Below are positions 41,126 through 55,063 of a stretch of DNA of 64,000 nt, piece by piece (positions within the stretch are counted from its first letter, which is position 1; each line of letters begins with the position of its first letter). Source of the stretch: Eledone cirrhosa (lineage: Eukaryota). The position numbers and the translations under genes are program-made. The stretch is taken from NCBI GenBank assembly GCA_964016885.1, contig OZ024743.1, positions 102,486,001 to 102,550,000 of the forward strand. Direction: 5' to 3'. The notes under the pieces were generated by a model that made no database searches, was not told the origin of the DNA, and saw only the letters and a list, made by a program, of their open reading frames with translations.

Positions 41126-43339
41126 AAACAATGAGAGATAGTTATCGTTTTACGGCTGGAGTTTATCCAGGTTTTATCGTACATCTTGCGCAAATGAGAG
41201 AACAATACTTTCTTCTGGATGGGATGCCAGCGGCTGTTTGTGGTTACGTTTCAGCTGAATAAACTGGAGTAACGTAAAATGATGTTCTATTCTAAAAGAT
41301 ATAAATTATCACACATTCTGGAAATTGTGTCAACCCAGCATGATAACCACTACGTCAGGCACCTCACCACCTCAATAATGCGAGGAATATAATAAAACAT
41401 TTCACTGATCACGTTAAAGTAATACATTAAAATATGTTTTAAAAAAAACGGAACTTGTTTTGTGTGTATAATAAAAGTATATTATAGTGCAGAGAGAACG
41501 GTATATAGGCTGATATATACTTTCTCATGTGATATATCTTACAATTTCTCTATGTGTTGTGGATTGATCATGCCATTTATGTTTGTTGTTGATCATGTGA
41601 TATAAGCTGCAATTGTTTTGTGGTTGTTGTAGAATCTGTTAGTCTCAACGATTGGCATTTTTTGTCTGACCAATTAAATTTCTAATCGAGAAACTGAGAT
41701 CAATCGGATGTATATTCCATATATCGGTACCCATAACGGAATTCTTCTTTGGTCGAATAAGAGTGCTACAACGTGATAATACTGTACATTTGAAACACAG
41801 AGAGAAAGAGTGGGGTGAGATAAAGGATGAAACGTATTATTTACATAGGCGGGGTTTGAACTCAGAGCACAGAGAGCGGAAATGAATACATAATAGCATT
41901 TTTTACGAGTCTGTAACGAGTCCGCCTATTCACCTGTTTCTATTGGCTTACATCAAATGCCAAGTGTTTACAGAATCTTATACTATTAGGGTTTTTTCTA
42001 AAATCAATTTCTAACTCTGATCCGCAAGACTTACCTTCACCTTCCAACGACCAATCTCATGTGTTTCAACGATTTCTCGTATGTGTATCACGAGGTTAAC
42101 GCTTAATAACTAAAATGTATAATAAAATACACAAGTCTTAAATGTTAACTGTTGAATGTGTAGAAGGTATCGAGGAAGAACACTCTATTTGATGGCAAAG
42201 AAGACATTACCTAAAGTATATGTATCAGTAGTGACGCCTATATTCATTAGAGATTAGATAAGAACGTCGTTGTTCAGGATAGTGAATAAAAGAGGAATTT
42301 GTTTTTTCTTTTAATCTATATAGGAAATTGAAGATCCGATCTTCCTGAAAACAAGAAAAACATTAAAAGTAGAACTGAAAGTGGGCTTAAAAGAATGAAG
42401 AGTAGAACACCGGGTTGAATGAAAGGATGGATTCATTCCTCATCAATGTTCTCACTGAACGTTTAGTGTATATGAGTAATATTATAAGCCAACAAAGGAA
42501 GGAACACTATGAAACTGCTAGAACTGAATTTCACTCACGAGGATAGGAAACAAAAATACAGGATGTCACAGTATATTAGAGTAATTAAATACATTAAATT
42601 AATCCCATCACCCATCAAAGAAGAAAAGATTTTTTTTTAAACGTTGAAATAATTTAAAAGAAATACATAGCTGGGTAGTGATGAGTTTCTACTGAATAAT
42701 TAGCTTTTAATCAGATAAACAATAGTTTATGTTAATGGGAGGAGACGACAAATCATAAACAATGACTACATTAGGCTGCAATCGAAATAAAGTGAAATGC
42801 TTAAAACTGTAAGAAGAAAAGTATGCCAAAACATACTACATTATAGTGGTAAATGTTTGATTTTATAACCTTGATATATAATATAATTTTTTTTTCTCTT
42901 GAGTGTTTGCTAGAGAACGGGTAGCAGATAATGATAGGGCCAACAGTTGTGATGGTTAGTTGCAATGTAGGTGAGATCCTGCTGGAGGAATAAACAATTC
43001 CGGACAAAACAGTGCTAAGCTACTTGGGGAAATGGAGCAAAGAGTGACGCTCTTAGCTCCCAAATAGTGAGGAGGAGCCGCTTCTAAATAAGCCTAGTTT
43101 TTTTCGCATCCGAGCAAATTACTACATTGGTGATTTGCGCGGATAAGACCACTAAAACCTGCATTATTGTCAGATTCAATAACATCAATAAGACTGCATC
43201 GCCATTCGTATGGAGTTACTAGAGGGGCTTTCGAGTGGGTCTGATGCTGCAACAAGTGGTAATGGGCTTCCAGCCTGGTTTGGGAGGCGTGTGATGGAAG
43301 CACCAAAGCTACCTAACCCGAGTCTATAAAGAGTGTCCG

Positions 43340-43780
43340 GAATGGAGCAAATATTAACACCTGCGATCTGGAACGTAACAATACTAATATGTAAGGAGCA
43401 GGAATTAGAGAAGGCCAGATGTTACCGGCTCGATAAACGAAGGGTTTCTTCAACAAAGATCCGTATCTTTGGTACTGTAGAGTTGGATGCAGGATGGATA
43501 CATTTCTATTCACTAATCTACTGCACAGGTGGATGTGGGGATACTCAGTGCTCCTCGGCTGTTAGAATGTTTTATGGAATGAATCCCATCCTACTGGGAG
43601 GGTGAATTTGCCTCTTGAAGCCCAGGCAGAAAGAAAGACCTATGTGCATAGTCGGCGTTTATGTACAAAACATAGTCCAAATAAGGATCCTTCCCTGAGG
43701 TAATCACTGCAGCTTTACGTGTAGTTCAGACTGAGTCATATATCCTAGTATGAGACATAAATACACACGTTGGTACAGAG
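43340..43780 (+). mobile_element. RTE LINE apurinic-endonuclease N-terminal remnant
   Basis: AIWNVTILICKEQELEKARCYRLD..VSSTK..GTVELDAGWIHFYS resembles the start of an RTE APE domain. Confidence 0.65.
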
Positions 43781-44334
43781 TGTATAAGGAATTTTAAACT
43801 AGGCGTTACCCACCGCACTCCAGGTTTGAACACAACCAATTCCTTCTCATGGACGGTTAATCATGAATCGATCCGAGTCTGGTCTGGCACTTTACTTATC
43901 GATCCCCAAAAAATGAAAGGCAATGTTGAACGTTGGAGAAACACCGAGGCATTTTTAATCCAACCATACGGCACTGCCAATTCGCTGCCTTCTGGATTTT
44001 TGATATAGTAGTAAATTAGTACTCCACTTACAATGGGTACATATTATACAATGATTAATTTTCGATCACATCATGTTATTGCATGTAAATGTTTGCAGCA
44101 AATGTTTATTTAAGAATATCGTTTTATCATTAAGTAATTATTTTATAAATCATTAAGTTTATCGACAAATGTGACAGTTTAATGTAAATTGTATGTAAAC
44201 AAAATACATATAGAGTCGAATATTTTCAGCTTGAGCAGTATATCTGAATAAAAATATTTCAATATTTATCTGCTAATATAACATCCTTCCCAAATCATTA
44301 AGTTATTTTAATTATTTTGGAAGTACGAAAGTTT

Positions 44335-44465
44335 ATTGTTTCTACTTTATTGTTTCACAAGGCCAACATTTATACCAGTGCATTACTGGTACTTTATTTT
44401 ATCGATCCCGTAAGGATGAAAGGCAAAGTTAACCTCCGCGGGATTTGAACTCGGGCCTTAAAGAG
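44335..44465 (-). mobile_element. SINE family A, partial
   Basis: Reverse-complement core. Confidence 0.8.
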
Positions 44466-46966
44466 AAGTACGAAAGATAATATCGACGCAGTTGGGGTTT
44501 TCATGTAACACTGAGATAGGTCCAACTCAAATATGCACGACATTTTATGTTAAAGGGTATTGCATCCACGACTGCAATGCTTTTCAGTTATATGTTGTTC
44601 TTTAACCTCTAATTTTCTCTGGTTGAGATAATTGTTGCAGCTTTGACCATATCGACTTTTGTAAATTCAATAATTAATCGTCCAACCTATTCTTGACACA
44701 GGAAAGATTTGTGCAATTTTGCTGTTATTTTTTGCGGATCGACTTCAGTAGTGGATGTTTTGGTTGGTTCTCTCGTTTTCTCTTCCATTTATCAAAATAT
44801 ATCAAATATGGCGCATGACTATAAAGTAAAAAATTTAATGAGAATTTGTGAGACTAAAATAAATTACATACACAACAAAATGATTTTCTTTTAATAAACG
44901 AAATCTAAATTATATATTCCAGGCGCATATGAATCATAAATTTAATTCGAATGTACTTAATCATAAGATTAAGTATATTAAAATTTAAATTTTATAATTT
45001 AACTTCGTCAACGAAGTTAAATTATAGAGAATCTATAAATCTATAAAGCATATTTCACTATCTATTGTTTCCAGTGATATGTTAAATAAATACAATATAT
45101 TGAAAATTCAGTTTACGCAAGGCTAGGAAGGAACAAAAATAATATCAGAAGAGTGTGTGAGCCACGTATACTGACAGGCATAGCTAAAACGAGGATAGAG
45201 TTAATTGATCTAGTAACTGTTGAGCGTGTAACCCGTTCAAATGCAAGCTTTCGAAATAAAACTAAAATATTGTAACAATGACATACACATTTTAAAATTA
45301 GATAAAAATGTGTATTTGTGTATAAAGGGAAATAAAAGCAAAATAAAAACATTTTAATATGAGAGTGAAGACACGTGGAAAGCCAATTGGCTTGACACAG
45401 AGATTTAATATATTCTAGGCGTATTGTATGAATAAGCAACGAAGGATTAAGCTATGAGGAATACCACTTACTCAGCAGTACTCACTATCATCGTTTCATT
45501 GCATTATTTACATACATCCCAGTTTTCTCATCTAAACCAAAGCCAATTTCTAGAGACAGTTACCCATCGGTCGAGGGAAGATTTCGTTTTCACCAATGTC
45601 GTTCTACTTTGCCACTTCACAAACGATATTTAAGCCTATTTTAAAACACTTTACAGCAATGTAAAGAGAGGTATCATGGAAGAATTGAACCGCCGTCACT
45701 TTCGACGACGAATGTTCGTTAAATAGAACAGCCTGATAATGAAATTAAAGTATAGGTAACTGAGCATTCCACACACCCGTGTACTCTTAACGTAATTCTT
45801 AGGGAAAATAAACGTGGCAGGTTTGGTCCATTGCAGTTAATCCGACGAACTTGCAACAGTCTCCGTTTGCCCAATATCACTGAAGAGGCTTGGCACAACT
45901 CGAGGCTATGGTAAATAATTAATGCCCACGATGTCAATGTGGCTGGTAATTTAATACCTTTCACTGAATGGTTATTTTATTAACGTTTTATATCCAACAT
46001 ATCTTAACATTTCTTATTTAGAATATACAAATAGTTTCATTATTCTAGATACTTTTGGAAAGATAAACTGCTCTAGGGTTTTGATATTAATCTGAATTTT
46101 TATTTTATAACTGTTGAATTGCATGATGTTAAGGAAATATTTGAACGAAGATCACGTTTCGACTAGATTTGTAGTTATTTATAATCATGACAACAATTAA
46201 TCACTTCAGGCTAATGAAAATGCTGTTAATTATATAGTGCTCTTGCGTTGTATAAAAGTGTTCTTTACCTGGCTTTTCATTCATCTATACAATTATGTTA
46301 TTTGGGCAGCAATGGATTGAATATTTTAACTATGGAGAATCAGATTCTTTTAATATACAAAGAAAGATCCCATCTTCACCTCAAATGATGCTCCTGCCTA
46401 GTCGATTCAAACATATGTGAAACATCTTGTAAGAGTTGATCAGAATTTCAATAACAAGTTTATATGTAAAGAATACAAGAAGAATATTTTCTCCAATGTT
46501 TATCTGACACCAGTTTCATTACATCGTTATGTCTCTGAGTGAGGTACACGTTAAAGTTTTATATTATCTGAGTATTTTGATGTACCCTTGATAACCGAAC
46601 AGATATGAACTGATAACCCCGTAAATGATATGTACTGATTTTGTTACAAGATTTCTATAGATGAGAGGTTCTGATAAAACGTGGAAAATCCGAGACTGTA
46701 TTTAAAGAAATGAACTGATATTTTCTTTTAATATTTCAAATAAGGATCTGTTTTTAGAATAATGTTTCCCATATTACAAAAATTGAATCTAAGAAATAAG
46801 TTCATGCAGTATTGTTTTGTCGCGTTTATTTACCGAGATATTCATTATTAATCGACTCAGTTCAAAATACAATAGACACATGCATACATATATTAATGTT
46901 TTTGAAACTAAATATACTCTAGAATTTACTCTAGGGATTAAGTTTCGTGTATACCATAAGTATGTA

Positions 46967-47028
<62 letters not shown>

Positions 47029-48511
47029 TATATATAAATACAAAATCGGAGAAAGCTAAAAGCGATACTCCGGCCAAATTCCAGCTCATTCAACAAACAT
47101 TAGGAAATACCTGAGTATATTCCTAATTAAACGTTCCGGGTGCTAACTAATTGTATTGTGGGGAAAATTGGCTGTATCATTTCATATGAGACATATCAAA
47201 TATATCTCTTCCCAGACGGACGTCTCGTTTCATTATAAGATTTCTACAAGTTGGGTGAAATTATACCAATTTATGTAGAAGCTTGTATAAGATCAACAGA
47301 TACTTATTCAAGTGGGCTCTTATAATTCTTCAGTGGGTACCCAATAATATTAATATTGATAACTAAATCAAAATCAATGTTTAGCGATAATCAACACAGT
47401 GCTTAACGGAGCTGCTAGGTTGATAGTCCAACAGTTCTAAAGAAAATTTCACACTGTCATGAACATAGGTGGAAGGAGATTATTGACAAAAAACAATACA
47501 TTCGCAGGTCAATGAATTCTGAAAATAATTCAGGCCACGTGCTAGAGCTCAATTGGATTAAAAAATAATAAGATTTCTACAAATTGTATAGGAAAACGTT
47601 GAAAACTAGAGTCTTTCAGAAGGTTTATTTACAATAATTTATGACGTTACTGGTTTTTACAATTTTCAAGATTTTTCAAAAGTCAAGAAAGATGGAGAAA
47701 CGTGCGGTTATGCCGACCTCTATTTCGCATCTGCCAGATAAAGGTATAGCCAGGGTTAAGTCTGCTGTAACGAGTTGTTGTTACTGTTGACAGTTATTGC
47801 TAGGTTTTATTTCACCGGATTACAACGGAATATTGAAGATATTTTCTCATAACTAAATTGATACTGCATCATTTGAAGAGGTTATTGTTTGTTTTTGAAA
47901 TGAGCTATTATAAACCGGTATTGGAAAATTCAAAATGATTTATTTCTATAAAACTAAGGAAAATATCTTATATTTAACAATTCGCTCATAAAGTGAAGCA
48001 GTTTTCTAATATTTTAATTGTCCATTGTATACCTCTAAAATATGAATGGGACTACTTTGTTATTGGTTCATAAAAGAATGAATTTTTTATGAACATTTCA
48101 CAGGATTGCATTAATGTACCTTATATTAAACTTAGTGGGAATATTCACAAAGAAGTATTTTAAAATATCGGATTCGATCGATTTTATGATGAAAAAATGC
48201 ATTACAATGGATCATTGGCACAATGTTTAGAACAATGATTTGTAGATTGAGTTATACATTTAAAACTCTCATATGAAATGCTGCTGGAATCTTTAATCCG
48301 TGTTCGAAAAGCTACACGAGTCTACATAGTAGCCTATTCTATCCTAGAAACCTATTTACAGCTAATATTTGTGAGAAAAATATACTAATACAAATGCATA
48401 TATATATATATATAAATGTTGAGTATATGTTGGTTGTTTACCGACACCTCAGTATGCAGATTGGAGCATTCGACGAAGTACGCAGGTTGGTTTGTTTACT
48501 CCGGAGTAATG

Positions 48512-48956
48512 TAAAATAATTAAGTCGAATATGTAAAATTTGGCTTCGTTTACAAATTATAGATATACTGCTATATATATTTCGGTGACAGCCATCATTG
48601 GCTGTGACCTCTTCAGGCAGCCCGAATTGGTGTGGAAAATACAGGTACACATGTTGTTGAAGTGTGTTTTACTCCGTCAATACATCGATATGTCCAGTTC
48701 CTGGTAGTGTTATTATTGCTCCGAGGAACTGAAATCATATAGTTCCAGTTCCTAAGAGAAATAACAACGCTACTAGGAGCTGGACATATCGATGGATTGA
48801 CAGAGTAAAACACACTTCAACAACATGTGTACCTGTCCTTCCCCCACCAATTCGGACTGCCTGAAGAGGTCACAGCCAATGATGGCCGTCACCGAAATAT
48901 ATATAATATGTATAATTTGTAATAAATGAAGCCAAAATTTACATATTTGACTTAAT

Positions 48957-48963
<7 letters not shown>
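48512..48963. repeat. Inverted repeat (arms of about 220 bp) with hammerheads, between (TA)n tracts
   Basis: 48512-48733 versus 48743-48963. Confidence 0.93.
48567..48621 (-). ncRNA. Minimal type-I hammerhead (the plus-arm copy at 48856-48905 lacks the 3' strand of stem I)
   Basis: gctgc-CTGAAGA-ggt c acagcca atga tggctgt c acc-GAAA-t atat ATA-gcagt. Confidence 0.88.
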
Positions 48964-49016
<53 letters not shown>

Positions 49017-49340
49017 GAATAATCGAGTATCGGAAAATCAGCTCACGAATTTACGATAAACAAAATCCGACATGAGTGGCAGAGGGCTCAATAATTCAGA
49101 TAAATCAGAGCTATAACTATCGTTAAGATACCAACACACAAAGATTATGCCTAAAATCACCCGTGCAGCCGAAATATATATATATATATATAAGAGACCA
49201 ACCATAGCATAACACTAAATATACAACACAACATACTATATACTAAAACGGTCCGACATATACATCGAGTGCTTAATTTGGTGGACCAATAGTAGCGTAA
49301 AGTTAGAAAACACACACAGAAACACACACATATACATATA

Positions 49341-49380
<40 letters not shown>

Positions 49381-49477
49381 GGGGGTGTAACTAGGAGTTA
49401 CTGCAGGTTCACCCGGGAGAGCACTCGGTGTTTAGGTTGACTTCTGTGATGAGGTGTAGAGCTATACAGAGTGTGAT

Positions 49478-50434
49478 ATATTGAAAGGATAACAAGGACG
49501 ATTGATTATTCCTTCATTGCATTTATTGATAGGTGACGCGCGTTTCGCCACTGATCAGCTCAAGGTTCGATCTATATCGATCCTACCCGACTCAATAATC
49601 GGCAGCTCGACGGACCCTCTTAAAATGCTATAAGAAAATGAAATACATGCTATGTGGTAAAGTCAGAGTTTCAAGAGTTTGACAAAATTAGTTATTTTGA
49701 TTGGTGGGAAGGATCAAGGCGATGTACTGGCCTGTAGTGTATATGGGGGTAGATGTGATGGTGAGATGCTGGTGACGGTCGGTGGATGAGATGGGCTGTG
49801 GTGGTGGTGGTGGTGGTGGGTTGGCCTTGGCGTGTAGAGTATGTGGGGGTGGATGTGATGATATGGTGGTGGTTATGGTTACGTAGTGGGATGGGCTGTG
49901 GTATGAGGTTAGTGGATTGTCAGTAGACGAGTTGGCGTGTGTGGGGGGGTGTGGTAGTGGTGCCGTTGTCTAGGGTAGCGGCGTTTGTGGTGGTGTGGTG
50001 GACGTATTGGTGGTGTCACGTCCTTACATAGATACATAGCTAGACGCTCTTCGTCTGACATATACGTTGTATATACGTATACACACACACATATATGTAT
50101 ATATGTGCACATATATTGTTGTATAAACACACACAATACAAAACACATACGCACATCCTTGCCCACACATATCGACACACGCTCATACACAGCCATATGT
50201 ATATGTACACACATGTACGTGCATGCGCGCATGCGGACACGAATATGGACAGTGGGGGAGTATCGGTGGGGGTGGCGAACGACAAAGATGGGAGGATGGT
50301 GAGAGGCAATGTAGAAGGTGTTATACATATATACATACACATACATATACTCATACACACATATGGATATGGGCACATGGACGCACACTCACGTATACAA
50401 AATATACACATACACACTCACACACACGTATACT

Positions 50435-50488
<54 letters not shown>

Positions 50489-50646
50489 TGTACAGGCAAC
50501 ACACACACACACGTACATATACACATACATGCACATATATGAGCTCACTTACACATACAGTCAGATTCACCTATATACATATATTTAGACGTACACATAC
50601 ACACACATACATACACATACATATACACACACATATACACATACGT

Positions 50647-50687
<41 letters not shown>

Positions 50688-52092
50688 TGTATATATGTTC
50701 ACATACACACACACACATACATATAAATATGAGTACACGCACGCATATTTATACGCCCGTATGTGTAAAAATACTTACACACAGACACACACACTATTGT
50801 TGGTTGGGGAGTGGAGGTATGTGTTGGCGGTGTTGATGAAGTATGGAGTTGTGTCTTGTGGTGGTGGTGGTGGTGGTGGTGGAATTGTGAGGAACAAAAA
50901 TATATATACAGGATCGAATACCGGTTAAAAGGTGACATAGGGAACGCGGGGGAGAAGCGTTTATGGACGTACGGCGATGTGTGTTGTGGACATGGTGATG
51001 GTGGTGGTGCTGGGGTAATATGTTCGACAAGATGGTTACATGATCAGAGGTTACGGTGTGTTATATGGTAGGCAGACGGGGGGTGGGGGATATATAATAC
51101 AGTCGAGCTGGGAGCGAGGGATGATATATGTTGATGATGTTAATGATAATGATTGTTGAAGTATGTGGATGTATCTAGTGGTGGCGGTGGTTGTGTGTGC
51201 GTGCGACAGTACAATTACAGGGTCGAATTTAGCGTGGGGTTGTAGGTTAGGGTAGACAGAGGGAACATGGGGGGATGAGGTTGTAGGTGTGTATGGTAGA
51301 TATATGACGATGTGTGGTGTGGTGGTGGTGGCGATGGTGCGATATGATCGACATTGTATTTACAAGATCCCTTGTCATTATGGATTGTAAGGTAAAACCT
51401 ATCATAGGAGACCGATCTAATACGATGTTGCAACGATGAGGTGTGTATGTTGATGTGAATTTTGGTGCGGGTGATGTGTGCAGCATGATATACAAATGCG
51501 GGCTTAGAAATGGTTACATGGAGTACAATAAAATAAGTTCACTGAGATGGGCGATGGTGAGACGTGGTATAGGTGGTTATCACACCACCACAAACGCCGC
51601 TACCATAGACAACGGAACCACCCCCACACCCCCACAAACACGCCAACCCGTCTACTGACAATCCACTAACCTCATACCACATCATATCCCACTAAGCAAC
51701 CATAACCACCACCATATCATCACATCCACCCCCACATACTCTACACGCCAAGGCCAACCCACCACCACCACACCACAGGCCATCTCATCCACCGACTGTC
51801 ACCAACATCTCACCATCACATCCACCCCCATAAACACTACAGGCCAGTACATCGCCTTGATCCTTCCCACCAATCAAAACAACTCAATTTGTCAAACTCT
51901 TGAAACTCTGACTTTACCACATAGCATGTATTTTATTTTCTCATAGCATTTTAAGAGGGTCCGTCGAGCTGCCGATTATTGAGTCGGGTAGGATCGATAT
52001 AGATCGACACTTGAGCTAATCAGTGGCGAAACGCGCGTCACCTATCAATAAATGCAATGAAGGAATAATCAATCGTCCTTGTTATCCTTTCA

Positions 52093-52096
<4 letters not shown>
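49478..52096. mobile_element. Inverted repeat with arms of about 520-540 bp and a 1.56-kb spacer (PLE-like 3' region)
   Basis: 49478-50017 versus 51581-52096; (TA)n flanks both outer sides. Confidence 0.88.
51957..52043 (+). ncRNA. Hammerhead with CCGUCGA core (mirror copy at 49531-49617, -)
   Basis: gggt-CCGTCGA-gctgccgatta...taatcagtggc-GAAA-c gcgc GTC-acct; AATAAA at 52047. Confidence 0.72.
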
Positions 52097-52139
<43 letters not shown>

Positions 52140-52861
52140 AATATATATATATATTAGTATTGGTGCTCTAAAATAGCGATGTATATATGAACGTATGTTT
52201 TGGCAATATACTGTATATTTAATTAAAAACATTAAAAAGACCATTCGCTATGAGTTTTAAAGTAGTGACTATGTCACTTTCTTATTCTCGTCAAATAACA
52301 ACAGAGAGTGATCGACAGGCAGTCTGTCTCCTGGTGGTGAGCGTTTATCAAGACCACACACTCCGCTGTCTTTGCCGAAAATTATATAATGTCGCCTAGT
52401 ATCGCCCCTGTACGTTTTATAATTATTTAACTAAACGTAACCTATCGGACATTGCAGTATTAAATCACAGAACAATTCAGTCGACATATCATATCTATAA
52501 TTATCATCTATTATTAGAATTATATTCGTTTTAATGGCTTTAGTTTCAAATTTCAATTTTTCTAAGGCTTCGCATGCCCAGACAAGTCTTGTTTGCCACA
52601 AAACAAATAAATAAAAAGATATTGTAATTTGCTTGATGCATAGTGTGATATTGACAACATGGTAAATTTAGAGGGCTACGGCAATACATAAAATATATTA
52701 ATATTAACAATACCTGTACTAATGTTGTTTTAATGTTACCTTGGAGGTGTTTAACTAGTCTATAATATTTGTGAATATTTTGTTACTTTTCTTAAAAACT
52801 GTGATCCGTATTGAAATGGTTTCCAAATATATTATTTCTCTTTTTCTTCTTAATTTTTCAG

Positions 52862-53179
52862 TTTGGTAATATGATGTACCTGAACTTGAAACCAAATAAT
52901 GCCCAACTGGCAAAAGGCATAATAGCCTTTTTGGAAAATTACGACACAGTACATACGTTTAGTCTGATTGCACAAGAAGAACTGATTGGTGATGGTTTTA
53001 AAGCTGAAATTACCAAGCTCATAGAAGCTCATAAATGGATACTAGAAGAAACTATAATAATATCTAATAGTGATACGGACGATACAATAAACATTAAGCT
53101 TCGTCAGTTACGTGACAACAAAGCCCGTATCAATATACTTCATTGTAGCAATAATTTAATTTCTAGAATCTTTAAACAG
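52862..53179 (+). CDS. Internal coding exon, NMDA-type ionotropic glutamate receptor amino-terminal (LIVBP/ANF-receptor-like) domain
   Basis: Polypyrimidine tract plus CAG acceptor at 52859-52861, donor CAG|GTTGGT, 318 bp, phase 0/0, open: FGNMMYLNLKPNNAQLAKGIIAFLENY..HTFSLIAQEELIGDGF...W...LRQLRDNKARINILHCS...IFKQ. The subtype (GluN2- or GluN3-like) cannot be resolved by eye. Confidence 0.8.
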
Positions 53180-53420
53180 GTTGGTTGCCATTTTTATTTG
53201 TTTTTCATTAATTCAACATTTCATTTTAAATATTTACATAACACTTTACTTTCTTGTTTAATTTTCCACTCGCACATTCACGAGACATATATGAATTAAT
53301 TAACAATTTAATCAATTATTACATCTTTTCGTCTTTCTTAAATAATTTGAAGGCTTTTCATATACGCACAGCGATGGCAGATTGGTTTAGAGGTGTGCTT
53401 TGTTATATCGAAGATGCGGA

Positions 53421-53534
<114 letters not shown>

Positions 53535-53699
53535 CATATATATATTAAAAATTGTCTCATCCAATACGGATTAGCTCAATGGGTATTCCATCCAAACCTG
53601 GAGCTTTGCTTGTGTTTATCTTTGATAATAGAACTTAGCTCGTCAATTGCTTGATCCATTCAGCATCTCTGTTACAGTCTCCCTTTTTCAGCCCGTCAG

Positions 53700-54965
53700 C
53701 TTATAGAGAAGTTTGTTGACCAGCAAATGCCGCTACACCGAGTATTTGTGGAACTTACCAAAGCCTACGATATTGTTAATTGTATTGCATAGTGTATCAT
53801 ATTGGGGAAACTTGGATTGGATGACCACACGAATTTGTAGGAATATTCAAAAACATCCATCAAAATATGAAAGGAAAAGTGATCTCCAATGGGACACGTT
53901 CAGTGCCAATTTCAGTGAAAAACTGTGTCAAGCAAGCGTCATACCTGCACCCGCTCTGTTGTAGATCTATTTTGACTGCTGCTGACATAAGCCTTCCAAG
54001 ACTGCGAAATCGGTGTATACTAGCTAAATAAAACCTCTCGCAAAGTCTTTGATCTAAGACGGTTTAACACCAAGTACAAAAAGTTTGGCAGTCTTCTAAG
54101 GTAGTTCAAGTATGCTGATGAATGGGATTTTGTGGCACACGTAGTAGATAGCATGCAGTTGATATTGGACCCCCTCTCCAATGCACGACTGTGTTTGGAC
54201 TAAATATTAGTATGAAAACTACAAAGGTCATATACATTCCACCATTTGGGGAAGTGTATGTGGAACCAAACATTTTCGAAAAGAGTTAAAAGACTTGGTT
54301 AACTGTTTTGTGTATCTCGCGAATACACTTAGTAGAGGTGGTACCCTTATTGCTGAAATAGATCACAGGATTGCAAAAGCTAGTCTTACTTTCGGGAAGC
54401 TTGAGAAGCGAATCTCATCAAATCGGGTTATCTCGAGAAATACAAGGTTTTCTGTGTATGTGGCATGTGTTTTTACAGATGCTATATGGATTCAAAACAT
54501 GAATTTGAAAGGTATCACCTCAAGCAACTGGGAGGATTTCATTAACGTTGTATCCGATATATGCTGAGCATCAAGTGATCCTCTTACACACATGATGCTG
54601 CGGTACTTCAGAAAGCGGGTAGCAACAGTTTTGAGAGGAGGATAATTATGGAGCAGATGCGCTGGAGTGGACATGGGGTCAGGATGGAAAATGGAAGGCT
54701 GCCTAAACAGCTTTTTTATGAGGAACTGACCGAAGTGCAAAGTCCATAGTATAAACCAAAAAGGCGGTTTAATGAAAGCTCTGAAGATTGATATGGAGAT
54801 CTGGGAGCGACTGGCTGAAGGCCGTACATCATGGAGAAAGATCATCCAGTATGGATGTGATGGCCTGACCAGAACTGGTGGCATTCATGAAGACACACCC
54901 CTGCCGGTATTGCTAGGAGACAGAGAGTTCAAGTGTCAAATCTCTGAACGTGCCAGGTTTTTACC
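53700..54965 (+). mobile_element. Decayed RTE/BovB-like LINE reverse-transcriptase region
   Basis: Remnants ELTKAYD, YADE, FVYLANTLS..AEIDHRIAKASLTFGKL, RWSGH, RLPKQLFYEEL and WERLAEGRTSWRK. Confidence 0.85.
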
Positions 54966-54973
54966 GCTTCCAT

Positions 54974-55056
<83 letters not shown>

Positions 55057-55063
<7 letters not shown>

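Noticed and set aside
46000-48400. Coding-like stretches, possibly host exons or an old transposase
   Set aside because: Frequent stops, and no recognisable domain or convincing splice-site pair.
51215-51580. Possible PLE ORF end inside the inverted-repeat spacer
   Set aside because: No clear GIY-YIG or CxxC motif in a continuous frame.
52811-53299. Whole 162-aa ORF as a single-exon gene
   Set aside because: Its ends are intronic polypyrimidine or AT-rich read-through; only 52862-53179 lies between splice sites.
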